Assembly (NCBI RefSeq): GCF_900232105.1
Contig: NZ_LT934425.1
Coordinates: 420,001-452,000 of the forward strand
Reading direction: 5' to 3'
Source: Candidatus Kuenenia stuttgartensis
Lineage (GTDB): Bacteria; Planctomycetota; Brocadiia; Brocadiales; Brocadiaceae
Length of the DNA: 32,000 bases
Shown here: one piece after another, positions 1 to 8,681 of the stretch
Numbering within the stretch: the first letter of the stretch is position 1
Layout: the number at the start of each line of letters is the position of its first letter
Notes under the pieces: model-generated
Database searches by the model: none
Told to the model about the DNA's origin: nothing
What the model saw: only the letters and a program-made list of their open reading frames with translations
Program-made: the position numbers and the translations under genes

Positions 1-1
1 A

Positions 2-1747
2 ATTATTCCTCAACCAAATTGGCGTGACGATCTGCATGATTTCAAAATACTTGGCGCACCGGTATATTTTTTCGGGGTAACCTCTGGTTGTATGGACTCT
101 ATGGTGAACCATTACACTGCCAACAAAAGGCTCCGTTCCACGGATGCTTACAGCCCTGGCGGAAAAACAGGGTTGCGCCCTAACTATGCCGCCGTCACGT
201 ATACAAAAATATTGAAATCTCTCTACCCCGATGTCCCCGTCATCATTGGCGGTATTGAAGCTTCCTTACGAAGGGTGACGCACTATGATTACTGGTCGGA
301 CAAACTGATGCCTTCTCTTCTTGAAACAAGCGGAGCCGATTTACTGGTGTATGGAATGGGAGAAATGCCCGTGAGAGAAATCCTTAAACTTTTAAAAAAA
401 GGGGTACCCCTCCACCAACTGACTATGGTGAAACAAACGGCTTATCTCCGGAATCAAGGCAACGGCATGCCAAAAAACAAGCATTGGAACGACATTTATA
501 TACATTCCCACCAGAAATGTTTGGAAGATAAAAAGGCATTCGCCGCAAATTTTAAACAAATAGAACAGGAATCAAATAAGGTTTTTGCCGACCGCATTAT
601 CCAAACTATTGGAGAAAAAACGCTGATTATCAATCCGCCATTTCAAACAATGACCGAAGAAGAAATTGACGCTTCTTTCGAACTGCCTTACACAAGACTC
701 CCCCATCCGATATATAAAACGCTTGGCGCTATTCCCGCGTATGAAATGATTAAATTTTCGATCAACACGCATCGCGGATGTTTCGGCGGATGCAGTTTTT
801 GCACCATCTCTGCGCATCAGGGAAAGTTCATTGCCAGCCGTTCACAGTCTTCTATTATGAGAGAAGTGGAACAGGTAACCAACATGCCGGATTTCAAAGG
901 CTATATTTCAGACCTTGGCGGCCCATCCGCCAACATGTATAAAATGAAAGGCAGAATACAGGAAATATGTGATAAATGCATCCGCCCTTCATGCATTTAT
1001 CCCGCTGTTTGTGACAATCTCAATACAAACCATTCTCCGATAACCGAAATTTATCGCAAAGCCGATGCGCATCCAAAGGTGAAAAAGGCATTTGTAGGCA
1101 GCGGCATCCGGCACGATTTATTGACAAAAAGCTATAATAAAAAAGCCGACACATCCATTTACGACTATTTGGAACAGCTTTTAACCCGGCATGTTTCCGG
1201 GAGGTTAAAAGTTGCCCCTGAACATACTTCCCCGACAATCCTTAAATTGATGAGAAAACCGTCATTTGAACATTTTAAGGAATTTAAAAAGCTATTTGAC
1301 CGTATTGATAAACAACACGGACTCAATCAACAGCTTGTCCCCTACCTCATCTCCAGCCACCCGGGATGCACGGAAGACGACATGGCAACCCTTGCCGCAG
1401 AAACCAGGGAACTCGGATTCCATCTGGAACAGGTGCAGGATTTTACTCCCACACCCATGACCGTTGCAACCGTCATGTACTACTCCGGCTACCATCCCTA
1501 TACGCTTAAAGAATATTACGTACCCAGATCAATCCGTGAAAAAAAGGAACAGCATCGTTTCTTTTTCTGGTATAAGAAAGAAAATCAGGATTGGTTAAGG
1601 AAGAAACTTTTTGCGTTGAAAAAACCGGATTTGCTCAAAAGGCTTTTCCCCTTCGGGAAAACAAAATCACACCCGCAAACAAAACCCATCAGTGAAATAA
1701 TGTCCCACAGACCGCCTAAACAAAAGCAGCGAAGGGATGCGTTCTAA
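2..1747 (+). CDS. ygiQ: YgiQ family radical SAM protein (5' truncated by window edge)
   Basis: The open frame continues upstream of the listed ATG at 92 to the window edge (IIPQPNWRDDLHDFKILGAPVYFFGVTSGCMDSMVNHYTANKRLRSTDAYSPGG). Radical SAM motif CFGGCSFC and YgiQ-typical VKKAFVGSGIRHDL and LKVAPEHT segments. Confidence 0.95.
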   Translation: MIPQPNWRDDLHDFKILGAPVYFFGVTSGCMDSMVNHYTANKRLRSTDAYSPGGKTGLRPNYAAVTYTKILKSLYPDVPVIIGGIEASLRRVTHYDYWSDKLMPSLLETSGADLLVYGMGEMPVREILKLLKKGVPLHQLTMVKQTAYLRNQGNGMPKNKHWNDIYIHSHQKCLEDKKAFAANFKQIEQESNKVFADRIIQTIGEKTLIINPPFQTMTEEEIDASFELPYTRLPHPIYKTLGAIPAYEMIKFSINTHRGCFGGCSFCTISAHQGKFIASRSQSSIMREVEQVTNMPDFKGYISDLGGPSANMYKMKGRIQEICDKCIRPSCIYPAVCDNLNTNHSPITEIYRKADAHPKVKKAFVGSGIRHDLLTKSYNKKADTSIYDYLEQLLTRHVSGRLKVAPEHTSPTILKLMRKPSFEHFKEFKKLFDRIDKQHGLNQQLVPYLISSHPGCTEDDMATLAAETRELGFHLEQVQDFTPTPMTVATVMYYSGYHPYTLKEYYVPRSIREKKEQHRFFFWYKKENQDWLRKKLFALKKPDLLKRLFPFGKTKSHPQTKPISEIMSHRPPKQKQRRDAF

Positions 1748-1890
1748 TCTGGTGGGTGCACTCCGATTTACCCATCATTACATACAAATGATGGTTCTCA
1801 CGCGGGTTTTAGGCCTTGTAGCCTGCCCCCAGGTTTATGCAGTCAATTTCCGAAAAGAGGGATACGTGGGAAGGAACAACCTGGAAATCA

Positions 1891-2211
1891 CTACGAATAA
1901 GACAGTTTTAATGCAATTATTCCTGCCACTATCAGCAGTACCGATACTATCCTCAAAATATTTGCCGGGTCTTTGAACATAATTATGCCAATAATAAATG
2001 CGCCAACAGCGCCAATTCCGGTCCAAATAGCATATGCCGTACCCATCGGTATTGTCTTTTGCGCCAACCACAAGAATGCGCCGCTGAAACCCATAGACGT
2101 AACAGCAAATATAACACACATAACTTTGTGCTCTGTTGTCTGTGAAAGCTTTAAGCCCAGCGGCCAACCTATCTCAAATAAACCCGCAATAATCAGATAT
2201 ATCCAGGCCAT
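1891..2211 (-). CDS. sugE: SMR family exporter, SugE/Gdx-like (guanidinium/quaternary ammonium)
   Basis: 106 aa, four predicted TM helices, MAWIYLIIAGLFEIGWPLGLKLS and AYAIWTGIGAVGAFIIGIIMFKD typical of SugE-type SMR proteins. Confidence 0.88.
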   Translation of the reverse strand: MAWIYLIIAGLFEIGWPLGLKLSQTTEHKVMCVIFAVTSMGFSGAFLWLAQKTIPMGTAYAIWTGIGAVGAFIIGIIMFKDPANILRIVSVLLIVAGIIALKLSYS

Positions 2212-2246
2212 TATCGCTTACCTCTTATTTTTCGGCTGATAAAAAA

Positions 2247-2274
2247 CGGTATCGCATAACGCAGCGCACTACCG
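2247..2274 (-). terminator. Terminator-like hairpin 36 nt upstream of the sugE-like start codon
   Basis: On the minus strand CGGTA-gtgCGCtgcgttatGCGa-TACCG is followed directly by TTTTTT (plus-strand A run at 2241..2246). Confidence 0.45.
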
Positions 2275-2802
2275 GCGGGTAATAAACCGCAGGGCAATTG
2301 CGGCCAGGTTACAGCGCATTGTCACGCATTCAATCTCGTTCCCAAGCTCCACAAACCTTGCCAAAATGGAGATTTTACCCTATTTTGCGATATTCACTCC
2401 ACATTTTAATGGAAAACAGTACTTGTGAAACAAGGATAACAAAACTTGGAATTTCAGCAACTGGAATCCCGATATTATTTGTTATTTGGAAATTGTTATT
2501 TGTAATTTGCAATTTGTTATTTATAACACTATTGATACGGAGAATTGAAACAGATGTTTATGCAGTTGTCTCGCCTATCCTGCTCACGGTCAAAAGCCGT
2601 AAACAACACAAAACGTTTCGTTTCACTTGTACACAATTGAACCAGAAATGAATGGATTTAGGCTGCTTAGCAGTTCTGCCTCACAATGACACACGGGGAT
2701 TAACTTAGTTATCTATTTGCAAATGCAAGCATTATGACCACTGCAACCCTGCAGCCCGTATAAATATTATGAAAATTCTTATACGCACACTTATCAATCA
2801 CT

Positions 2803-4152
2803 ATGCCACTGCTTGAACTAACAGAAAAAAACCTGAATAAGAATATCTTAAGACTCTGCATACCAGTCGCTATTGAAAACTTGCTCCATATGAGCGTTTT
2901 TATTTCTGACACTATAATGGTAGGCAGGCTCGGAACAGACGCCATTGCCGCTGCAGGTCTGGCTGGCTCCTTATTCTTTTTCATCTCCCTGGTCACCACC
3001 TCTTTGAGCTATGGCGCTTCAAGCATCGTGGCAAGACACATTGGCGCAAAGGAAAAAGACCATGCGCAACTTGTGGCGTCACAGGCGCTCCTCATTGCAC
3101 TCTTTATGGGAGTACTCATCTCGCCGTTCCTGATATATTTCGCAAGGACTATTTTTATCCTGATGAGTGCGGAGCCAAAAGTAGCGGATATTGGAGAGAG
3201 GTATTTTCAAATTGTCTCCGGTTTTTTAGTTTTTCGCCTCATTATTTTTGTAAGCAGCGACATCCTTCGGGGCGCGGGGGACACCAAAACGCCAATGAAA
3301 GTGACTTTCATCGTTAACTGTTTTAATATCTTATTCAACTGGTTGCTTATTTTCGGAATAGGGCCATTTCCCATGCTTGGTGTGGCAGGTGTGGGATGGG
3401 CAACCGCAATTTCATTTGCGACCGGAGCGGGTTTGCTGTTGTCAAGGCTTTTCAGTGGAAAATGCATCGTGCACCTTCAATACAACACTATAAAAAAACT
3501 ACACGTTGCCTCTATCAGGAGGATTATTCATATTTCATTTCCCGCCACCATTGACGCCCTTCTCACACAAATAGGGTTTTTGTTCTTCACGAAAATTGTC
3601 GCCATACTCGGCACCGTTCCGCTGGCCGCGCATCAGATAGCCATACGCATCGAATCAATGTCGTTTATGCCTGGATTCGCCATCGCGGTATCCACCGCCA
3701 CATTGGTTGGACAGAGCCTCGGTACGAATAACGTGCCTCTCGCTCTGAAAAGCATGAAACGCAGTTGCCTCTTTTCCGTTTGTTTTATGTGTTTCTTTGC
3801 CATTATTTTCATTGTTTTCCCGTCACAAATGGCAAAAATGTTTAACCCCACTCCAGATGTACTCTCTTTGGCAGTCGTGTGCATCATGATTGCCGCCATT
3901 GAGCAGCCAGCGCTGGCAATCTATATGGTTTTTTCCGGTGGGCTACGCGGGGCGGGAGACACATTAAGCCCGATGCTCATAACCATTGCCGGTACACTGT
4001 GCCTGCACCTTCCCTTTGCCTACCTGTTTGGAATCAAACTTGGATGGGGATTGGGAGGCGTATGGCTGGGAGCGGCAATCGACTGGATATGCCGCGCCAT
4101 TGCTATCTTCATTCTCTATAAAAGAGGCAGATGGAAAACCATTATCGTATAA
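2803..4152 (+). CDS. MATE family efflux transporter
   Basis: 449 aa polytopic protein; ENLLHMSVFISDTIMVGRLGTDAIAAAGLA and DILRGAGDTKTPMK / GGLRGAGDTLSPM repeats typical of MATE proteins. Confidence 0.95.
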   Translation: MPLLELTEKNLNKNILRLCIPVAIENLLHMSVFISDTIMVGRLGTDAIAAAGLAGSLFFFISLVTTSLSYGASSIVARHIGAKEKDHAQLVASQALLIALFMGVLISPFLIYFARTIFILMSAEPKVADIGERYFQIVSGFLVFRLIIFVSSDILRGAGDTKTPMKVTFIVNCFNILFNWLLIFGIGPFPMLGVAGVGWATAISFATGAGLLLSRLFSGKCIVHLQYNTIKKLHVASIRRIIHISFPATIDALLTQIGFLFFTKIVAILGTVPLAAHQIAIRIESMSFMPGFAIAVSTATLVGQSLGTNNVPLALKSMKRSCLFSVCFMCFFAIIFIVFPSQMAKMFNPTPDVLSLAVVCIMIAAIEQPALAIYMVFSGGLRGAGDTLSPMLITIAGTLCLHLPFAYLFGIKLGWGLGGVWLGAAIDWICRAIAIFILYKRGRWKTIIV

Positions 4153-4368
4153 ACAATAGTCACCGTTCACAGGGTTTAAGTTATTGCTAAAATGGTACTT
4201 AATAAATTATGAATTTATCACAAAAAAATTGAATTGCTAAAGCGCTTATTTTCTGCGCATTAAATTTTTGGTAACAAGCGCATCTTTAGTATCTCGCATT
4301 TCGTGCTTGCTTAAAAACTCTAGTTCCCAGGTTCCGGCTTGGTAACGAGAAGGAATCCACCCCCTGCA

Positions 4369-4384
4369 CCCCCGCCAGCGGGGG
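4369..4384. repeat. GC-rich palindrome in intergenic region
   Basis: CCCCCG-CCAG-CGGGGG in a C/G-rich block just upstream of AT-rich TTTCGGATTT-like low-complexity DNA. Confidence 0.6.
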
Positions 4385-4510
4385 ACACTCTCACCCTTTG
4401 GAGGGGATAAGGGGGAGGATTTTGGAATTTGTTTCGGATTTCGTACTTCGAATTTCGTATTTTTTATTTCCTGCTTCTTTGGTTCTGGCTATGCCAGTTT
4501 AGGAATAACT

Positions 4511-5524
4511 TTATCTCACATTGAAATACCATTTATACCAGTCGGTAAATTTTTTCAAACCTGTTTCAATTGGTGTCGCGGGTTTAAAACCAACGTCTTT
4601 TATCAGTTCATCAACATTTGCGTACGTAACGGGAACATCTCCCGGCTGCATGGGGAGCATTTTTTTCACTGCTTTTTTCCCCAAGTACTCCTCTAATATC
4701 GCAACAAACCTAAGGAGTTCCACCGGTTTATTATTACCTATATTGTACACCCTGTAAGGAGCATTACTGGTGGCGGGGTCGGGATTCTCTCCGTCCCAAT
4801 CAGGATTTTTACAAGGTATCCTCATCATAACCTTTACTACTCCTTCAACAATATCATCAATATAGGTAAAATCACGTTTCATTTTTCCATGATTAAATAT
4901 ATTGATCGGTTTTCCTTCGATAATTGCCTTCGTGAAGAGAAAGTAAGCCATATCCGGCCTTCCCCAAGGACCGTACACTGTGAAAAAACGCAGTCCCGTG
5001 CAGGGGATGTTGTATATGCCGGAATAGGTATGCGCCATAAGTTCATTGGCTTTTTTGGTTGCCGCATATAAAGAAGCGGGGTGGTCCACGTTGTGATGTT
5101 CGGAAAAGGGAATTTTTGTGTTCTTTCCGTAAACAGAGCTGGAAGATGCGTAAACAAGATGTTGTACGTTATTCTGCCTGCAACCCTCCAGTATATTGAT
5201 GAATCCGACTATATTGCTATCAATATATGCGTGTGGATTAATGAGAGAATATCTTACCCCGGGTTGTGCGGCAAGATTGATAACACCATCAAACTTTTCT
5301 TTTTTAAAAATTAATAAGAGGGCGTCTTTATCAATTATGTCCAACGTATGAAAAGAAAATTGTTTGTTATTTATAAGTTGTTTAACCCTATCATGTTTCA
5401 ATGTTGTATCATAATAATCATTTATGTTATCGATACCCGTAACATTGAATCCTGATGCTAATAATTTTTTTGAAACATAGTAACCAATAAACCCTGCCGC
5501 TCCGGTGACAAGTATCTTTTTCAT
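4511..5524 (-). CDS. NAD-dependent epimerase (UDP-glucuronate 4-epimerase-like SDR)
   Basis: Rossmann motif VTGAAGFIGYYVSKKL, YAATKKANE catalytic segment, RFFTVYGPWGRPDMA. I prefer the internal start MKKILVTG at 5524 over the listed 5578. Confidence 0.88.
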   Translation of the reverse strand: MKKILVTGAAGFIGYYVSKKLLASGFNVTGIDNINDYYDTTLKHDRVKQLINNKQFSFHTLDIIDKDALLLIFKKEKFDGVINLAAQPGVRYSLINPHAYIDSNIVGFINILEGCRQNNVQHLVYASSSSVYGKNTKIPFSEHHNVDHPASLYAATKKANELMAHTYSGIYNIPCTGLRFFTVYGPWGRPDMAYFLFTKAIIEGKPINIFNHGKMKRDFTYIDDIVEGVVKVMMRIPCKNPDWDGENPDPATSNAPYRVYNIGNNKPVELLRFVAILEEYLGKKAVKKMLPMQPGDVPVTYANVDELIKDVGFKPATPIETGLKKFTDWYKWYFNVR

Positions 5525-5586
5525 CCGAAAATACCTCTGTGTTAAATTTATAAAGTATGATTCGTTAAATAGTTTCAACCATTATT

Positions 5587-5614
5587 GTAGAGACGCACGG
5601 CCATGCGTCTCTAC
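5587..5614. repeat. Perfect 11-bp hairpin repeat
   Basis: GTAGAGACGCA-CGGCCA-TGCGTCTCTAC, in the divergent intergenic region. Confidence 0.75.
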
Positions 5615-5753
5615 TTAACCAAGTAGATGTTGACATTATCCATTTAGTTTTTTTATTATACCGCTATCATAAATCTCAACCCTAACTATCTTTTAGCAAA
5701 TTTACCTCCTACTCACGGGAGTCATTCTTAATATAGAAAAGAATAGTGCAATC

Positions 5754-6752
5754 ATGTTGTTTCGCAATAAAAAATTAAGAAATTCAGACCCTGACTATAG
5801 TGCCAAAATTAAATATTCTACTGAAATGCTTGCTGTTTCGGAAGATAGTACAATTGAAACTGCTTTTGAATTTATCCGTGACAGTAAGCTCGCTGGTAAT
5901 ATTTTTTATTGCTATGCCACTGATAGTGAAGGAAAATTGACGGGCATAATACCTTTAAGAAAACTTATCACTTCTCCCAAAAAAGCAAAGATTTCTGATA
6001 TTATGATACGCAACCCCATCAAACTATTCATGGAAACTTCTTTAGATACAGCGCTTGAATATTTTTTAATGTATAAATTCCTGGCCTTCCCTGTTGTTGA
6101 CGAACAAGGAAAACTTATTGGCGTTACACGGGTTAATAATTTAATAGAAGACACAATAGCAATTGAAGAGGATGTGACGCGGGCACGGGATGACCTGCTC
6201 AATATAATCGGTATAAAACTTGAAGAATTTCGAAAACCTTCTGTTTTCAAAAGCACCTTTTTACGATTCCCCTATTTACTTTTTAACATTCTGAGCGGAA
6301 TTACTTGTGCGCTGATTGCAAACCTGTTCAGCGTCACCTTAAACAAGTTTATTTTTATCGCATTCTTTATAACGGTAATTTTAGGTCTTGCAGAAAGTAT
6401 GGGCACGCAGGCAGTTGCGGTTACTCTTTCTTCATTTGGAAGAACTATAAAAATGAAAGGGATTGTTCTTTACGAGATACGCATCGGTTTCAAAATAGGC
6501 GCTCTGTGCGGCGGAATCATGTACCTGGTGTCTTTTTTCTGGCTACATGAACAGGTATTCTCTATAGTCCTGTCTCTTACAATCCTATTTACCATCGTTA
6601 CCGCTTCTTTCCTTGGATGTATTTTACCGATACTCTTTAAGAAGATGGGTATTAATCCAACCCATGCCTCGTGCCCACTTGTATTGGCAATTTCCGATAT
6701 CATTTCGCTGACCACATATTTTTCGCTCGGGACATATCTTCTTAAACCGTAG
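5754..6752 (+). CDS. CBS-pair plus MgtE-type membrane domain divalent cation transporter-like protein
   Basis: Tandem CBS segments (PLRKLITSPKKAKISDIMIRNP, FPVVDEQGKLIGVTRVNNL) followed by the MgtE membrane domain (LAESMGTQAVAVTLSSFGR, NPTHASCPLVLAISDIISLTTYF). The canonical MgtE N-terminal domain is absent. Confidence 0.85.
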   Translation: MLFRNKKLRNSDPDYSAKIKYSTEMLAVSEDSTIETAFEFIRDSKLAGNIFYCYATDSEGKLTGIIPLRKLITSPKKAKISDIMIRNPIKLFMETSLDTALEYFLMYKFLAFPVVDEQGKLIGVTRVNNLIEDTIAIEEDVTRARDDLLNIIGIKLEEFRKPSVFKSTFLRFPYLLFNILSGITCALIANLFSVTLNKFIFIAFFITVILGLAESMGTQAVAVTLSSFGRTIKMKGIVLYEIRIGFKIGALCGGIMYLVSFFWLHEQVFSIVLSLTILFTIVTASFLGCILPILFKKMGINPTHASCPLVLAISDIISLTTYFSLGTYLLKP

Positions 6753-6825
6753 TGAGGGCTGAAGCGATACCCGCGAAACGTTGACAGTCATTGTATTAAA
6801 GAAATACCAGAAATAAACAGACAAA

Positions 6826-8478
6826 ATGGATATAATATCAATTTTAACCGGCCTAATAGCAGGGCTTTCAGTTTCCTACATCATTTTCTATTTGCTAAAC
6901 AAGGCAAAAAGTGTTTCTAAAACAGCCTATGAAACATTAAATGCGAAATTCCATGAAACAAATACACAATGGAAGGTTTCAGAGGACAGGCTTTTAGTGC
7001 AACAACTGGAATATTCAAAATTGAATACAAAGTATGAATCAGCAGCAATAGAGCTTACAGGACTTCAATCCAAATCCTCTTCATTGGAAACAACAGTTAA
7101 AAACAATGAATTGAGAATTGCTGAACTTTCAAAGGTGATGGCAGAGCAAACGACCTTAAACACATCTCTGCAAAATGAAATCAATTCATTAAAGCAGAAA
7201 ATCGCCGAAGGAAATGCAACTAATAATTCGTTGAAAGAAAATTTGAAATCTCAGAAAGAACTCAATCAAAAACAAGCAGACGCATTAGTCCAACTATCAG
7301 ACAAAATAACGAAAATAACCGCCGAGAACAGCACACTGACTGCCAAAAATTCTGCACTAACGGAAAAACTATCGACTCAAAAAGAAGAGATCACTAAAAT
7401 GCAGGAAACCTCTCATTTGCAATTTGAAAAGATGGCAAATCAAATTCTGGAAGAAAAATCCGGTAAATTTACCGAAACAAATAAAACAAACATTGAAGCT
7501 CTTTTAAAGCCGCTTGGTGAAAATATCGACAACTTCAAAAAGAAAGTTGAAGAAACGTATGACAAGGAGTCTAAGCAACGATTTTCACTTGAAGAGAAAG
7601 TCAAGGAATTAGTGGAACAAACAAATAAAGTAAGCAGTGAGGCTAATAATCTTGCGACGGCACTTAAAGGTCAGGCGAAAAAGCAGGGTAACTGGGGTGA
7701 AATGATTCTTGAAAGTATCTTGCAAAAATCAGGATTGGTAAAAGACAGAGAATACTTTTTACAACAGACAATAAAAGACGAAGGGGGAAACAGTTTAAGA
7801 CCCGATGTCATGGTGAAACTTCCCGACAACAGAGTAATAATTATCGATTCAAAAGTATCATTAGTCTCTTACGACAGGTTTTCATCAGCAGAGACAACCG
7901 ACGAACAAACAATTCATTTGGCTGAGCATTTGAAATCAATCTATGGGCACATAGACGATCTGCACGGAAAAAAATATGATGCCCTTGAGGGTTCATTAGA
8001 CTTTACAATGATGTTTGTTCCTATTGAGCCTGCATATTTAATATCCATTCAAAAGGATCAAGACCTTTGGACATACGCTTATGAAAAAAGGATACTACTC
8101 ATTAGTCCAACAAATTTAATTGCCTGCTTAAAGTTAATGGCTGATTTATGGAAAAGAGAGATGCAAAGTAAAAACGCAATGGAAATAGTAAGAAGAGGGG
8201 ATTTACTCTATGAAAAATTTGTAACATTCGTTTCAACTCTGGAAGATGTTGGAAAACATATTAATAAATCCCAACAATCATACAATGCAGCCATTGGACA
8301 ACTCAATAGTGGAAGCGGCAATTTAATTGGACAAGCATTAAAACTCAAAAATCTGGGATTAAAATCAAATAAAGAAATTCCGGCAGCTATGTTGCCGACA
8401 GACTTTGAACCGGAACAAAACAAGCACGAAATAATAACTGCGAAATCCGAAACAACTTCTAATGACAAAATTATTTGA
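6826..8478 (+). CDS. rmuC: DNA recombination protein RmuC
   Basis: N-terminal TM, long coiled coil, then the RmuC core KKQGNWGEMILESILQKSGLVKDREYFLQ...LRPDVMVKLPDNRVIIIDSKVSL. Confidence 0.93.
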   Translation: MDIISILTGLIAGLSVSYIIFYLLNKAKSVSKTAYETLNAKFHETNTQWKVSEDRLLVQQLEYSKLNTKYESAAIELTGLQSKSSSLETTVKNNELRIAELSKVMAEQTTLNTSLQNEINSLKQKIAEGNATNNSLKENLKSQKELNQKQADALVQLSDKITKITAENSTLTAKNSALTEKLSTQKEEITKMQETSHLQFEKMANQILEEKSGKFTETNKTNIEALLKPLGENIDNFKKKVEETYDKESKQRFSLEEKVKELVEQTNKVSSEANNLATALKGQAKKQGNWGEMILESILQKSGLVKDREYFLQQTIKDEGGNSLRPDVMVKLPDNRVIIIDSKVSLVSYDRFSSAETTDEQTIHLAEHLKSIYGHIDDLHGKKYDALEGSLDFTMMFVPIEPAYLISIQKDQDLWTYAYEKRILLISPTNLIACLKLMADLWKREMQSKNAMEIVRRGDLLYEKFVTFVSTLEDVGKHINKSQQSYNAAIGQLNSGSGNLIGQALKLKNLGLKSNKEIPAAMLPTDFEPEQNKHEIITAKSETTSNDKII

Positions 8479-8493
8479 AATTCTAAACGCGCG

Positions 8494-8526
8494 TAACAAT
8501 TTAGTATTTTGGAAAATTCCAACAAT
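8494..8526 (+). repeat. Degenerate copy of the YAACAMTTTAGTWTTTTGRAAAAYTCCAACAAT intergenic repeat
   Basis: TAACAATTTAGTATTTTGGAAAATTCCAACAAT closely matches the 16635..16667 copy. Confidence 0.6.
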
Positions 8527-8554
8527 GTAGTGAGACGAGGTTAGTCGCACTACA
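8526..8554. repeat. Palindromic repeat TGTAGTG...CACTACA
   Basis: TGTAGTGaGAC-gaggtta-GTCgCACTACA: 7-bp outer plus 3-bp inner stem. Confidence 0.65.
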
Positions 8555-8576
8555 AATTTTGTACTTCGTATTGTTG

Positions 8577-8606
8577 CCTGCCTGTATGTGGTCGCACGCA
8601 GACAGG
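8577..8606. repeat. CCTGCCTG...CAGACAGG palindromic repeat
   Basis: CCTGCCTGtatgtggtcgcacgCAGACAGG; related palindromes recur near 21419 and 21518. Confidence 0.6.
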
Positions 8607-8681
8607 AAGTTTTGGATTTGTTTTGAATTTTATGCTTTGTAATTAGAATTTGCTTCGGATTTTGTGTTTCGGATTTCACAA

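Noticed and set aside
2212-2420. Guanidine riboswitch in front of the sugE-like gene
   Set aside because: I could not find guanidine-I, -II or -III consensus segments by eye; only the terminator-like hairpin is supported. Needs an Rfam/Infernal search.
2298-2651. ORF of 117 aa (+)
   Set aside because: Composition is spacer-like, it contains AATTTGTTATTT low-complexity DNA translated as VIWKLLFVICNLLFITLL, and it has no recognisable family.
4179-4510. Possible structured RNA in the GC-rich block after the MATE gene
   Set aside because: One 6-bp GC hairpin plus low-complexity DNA is explained adequately as degenerate repeat debris; no promoter or conserved architecture seen.
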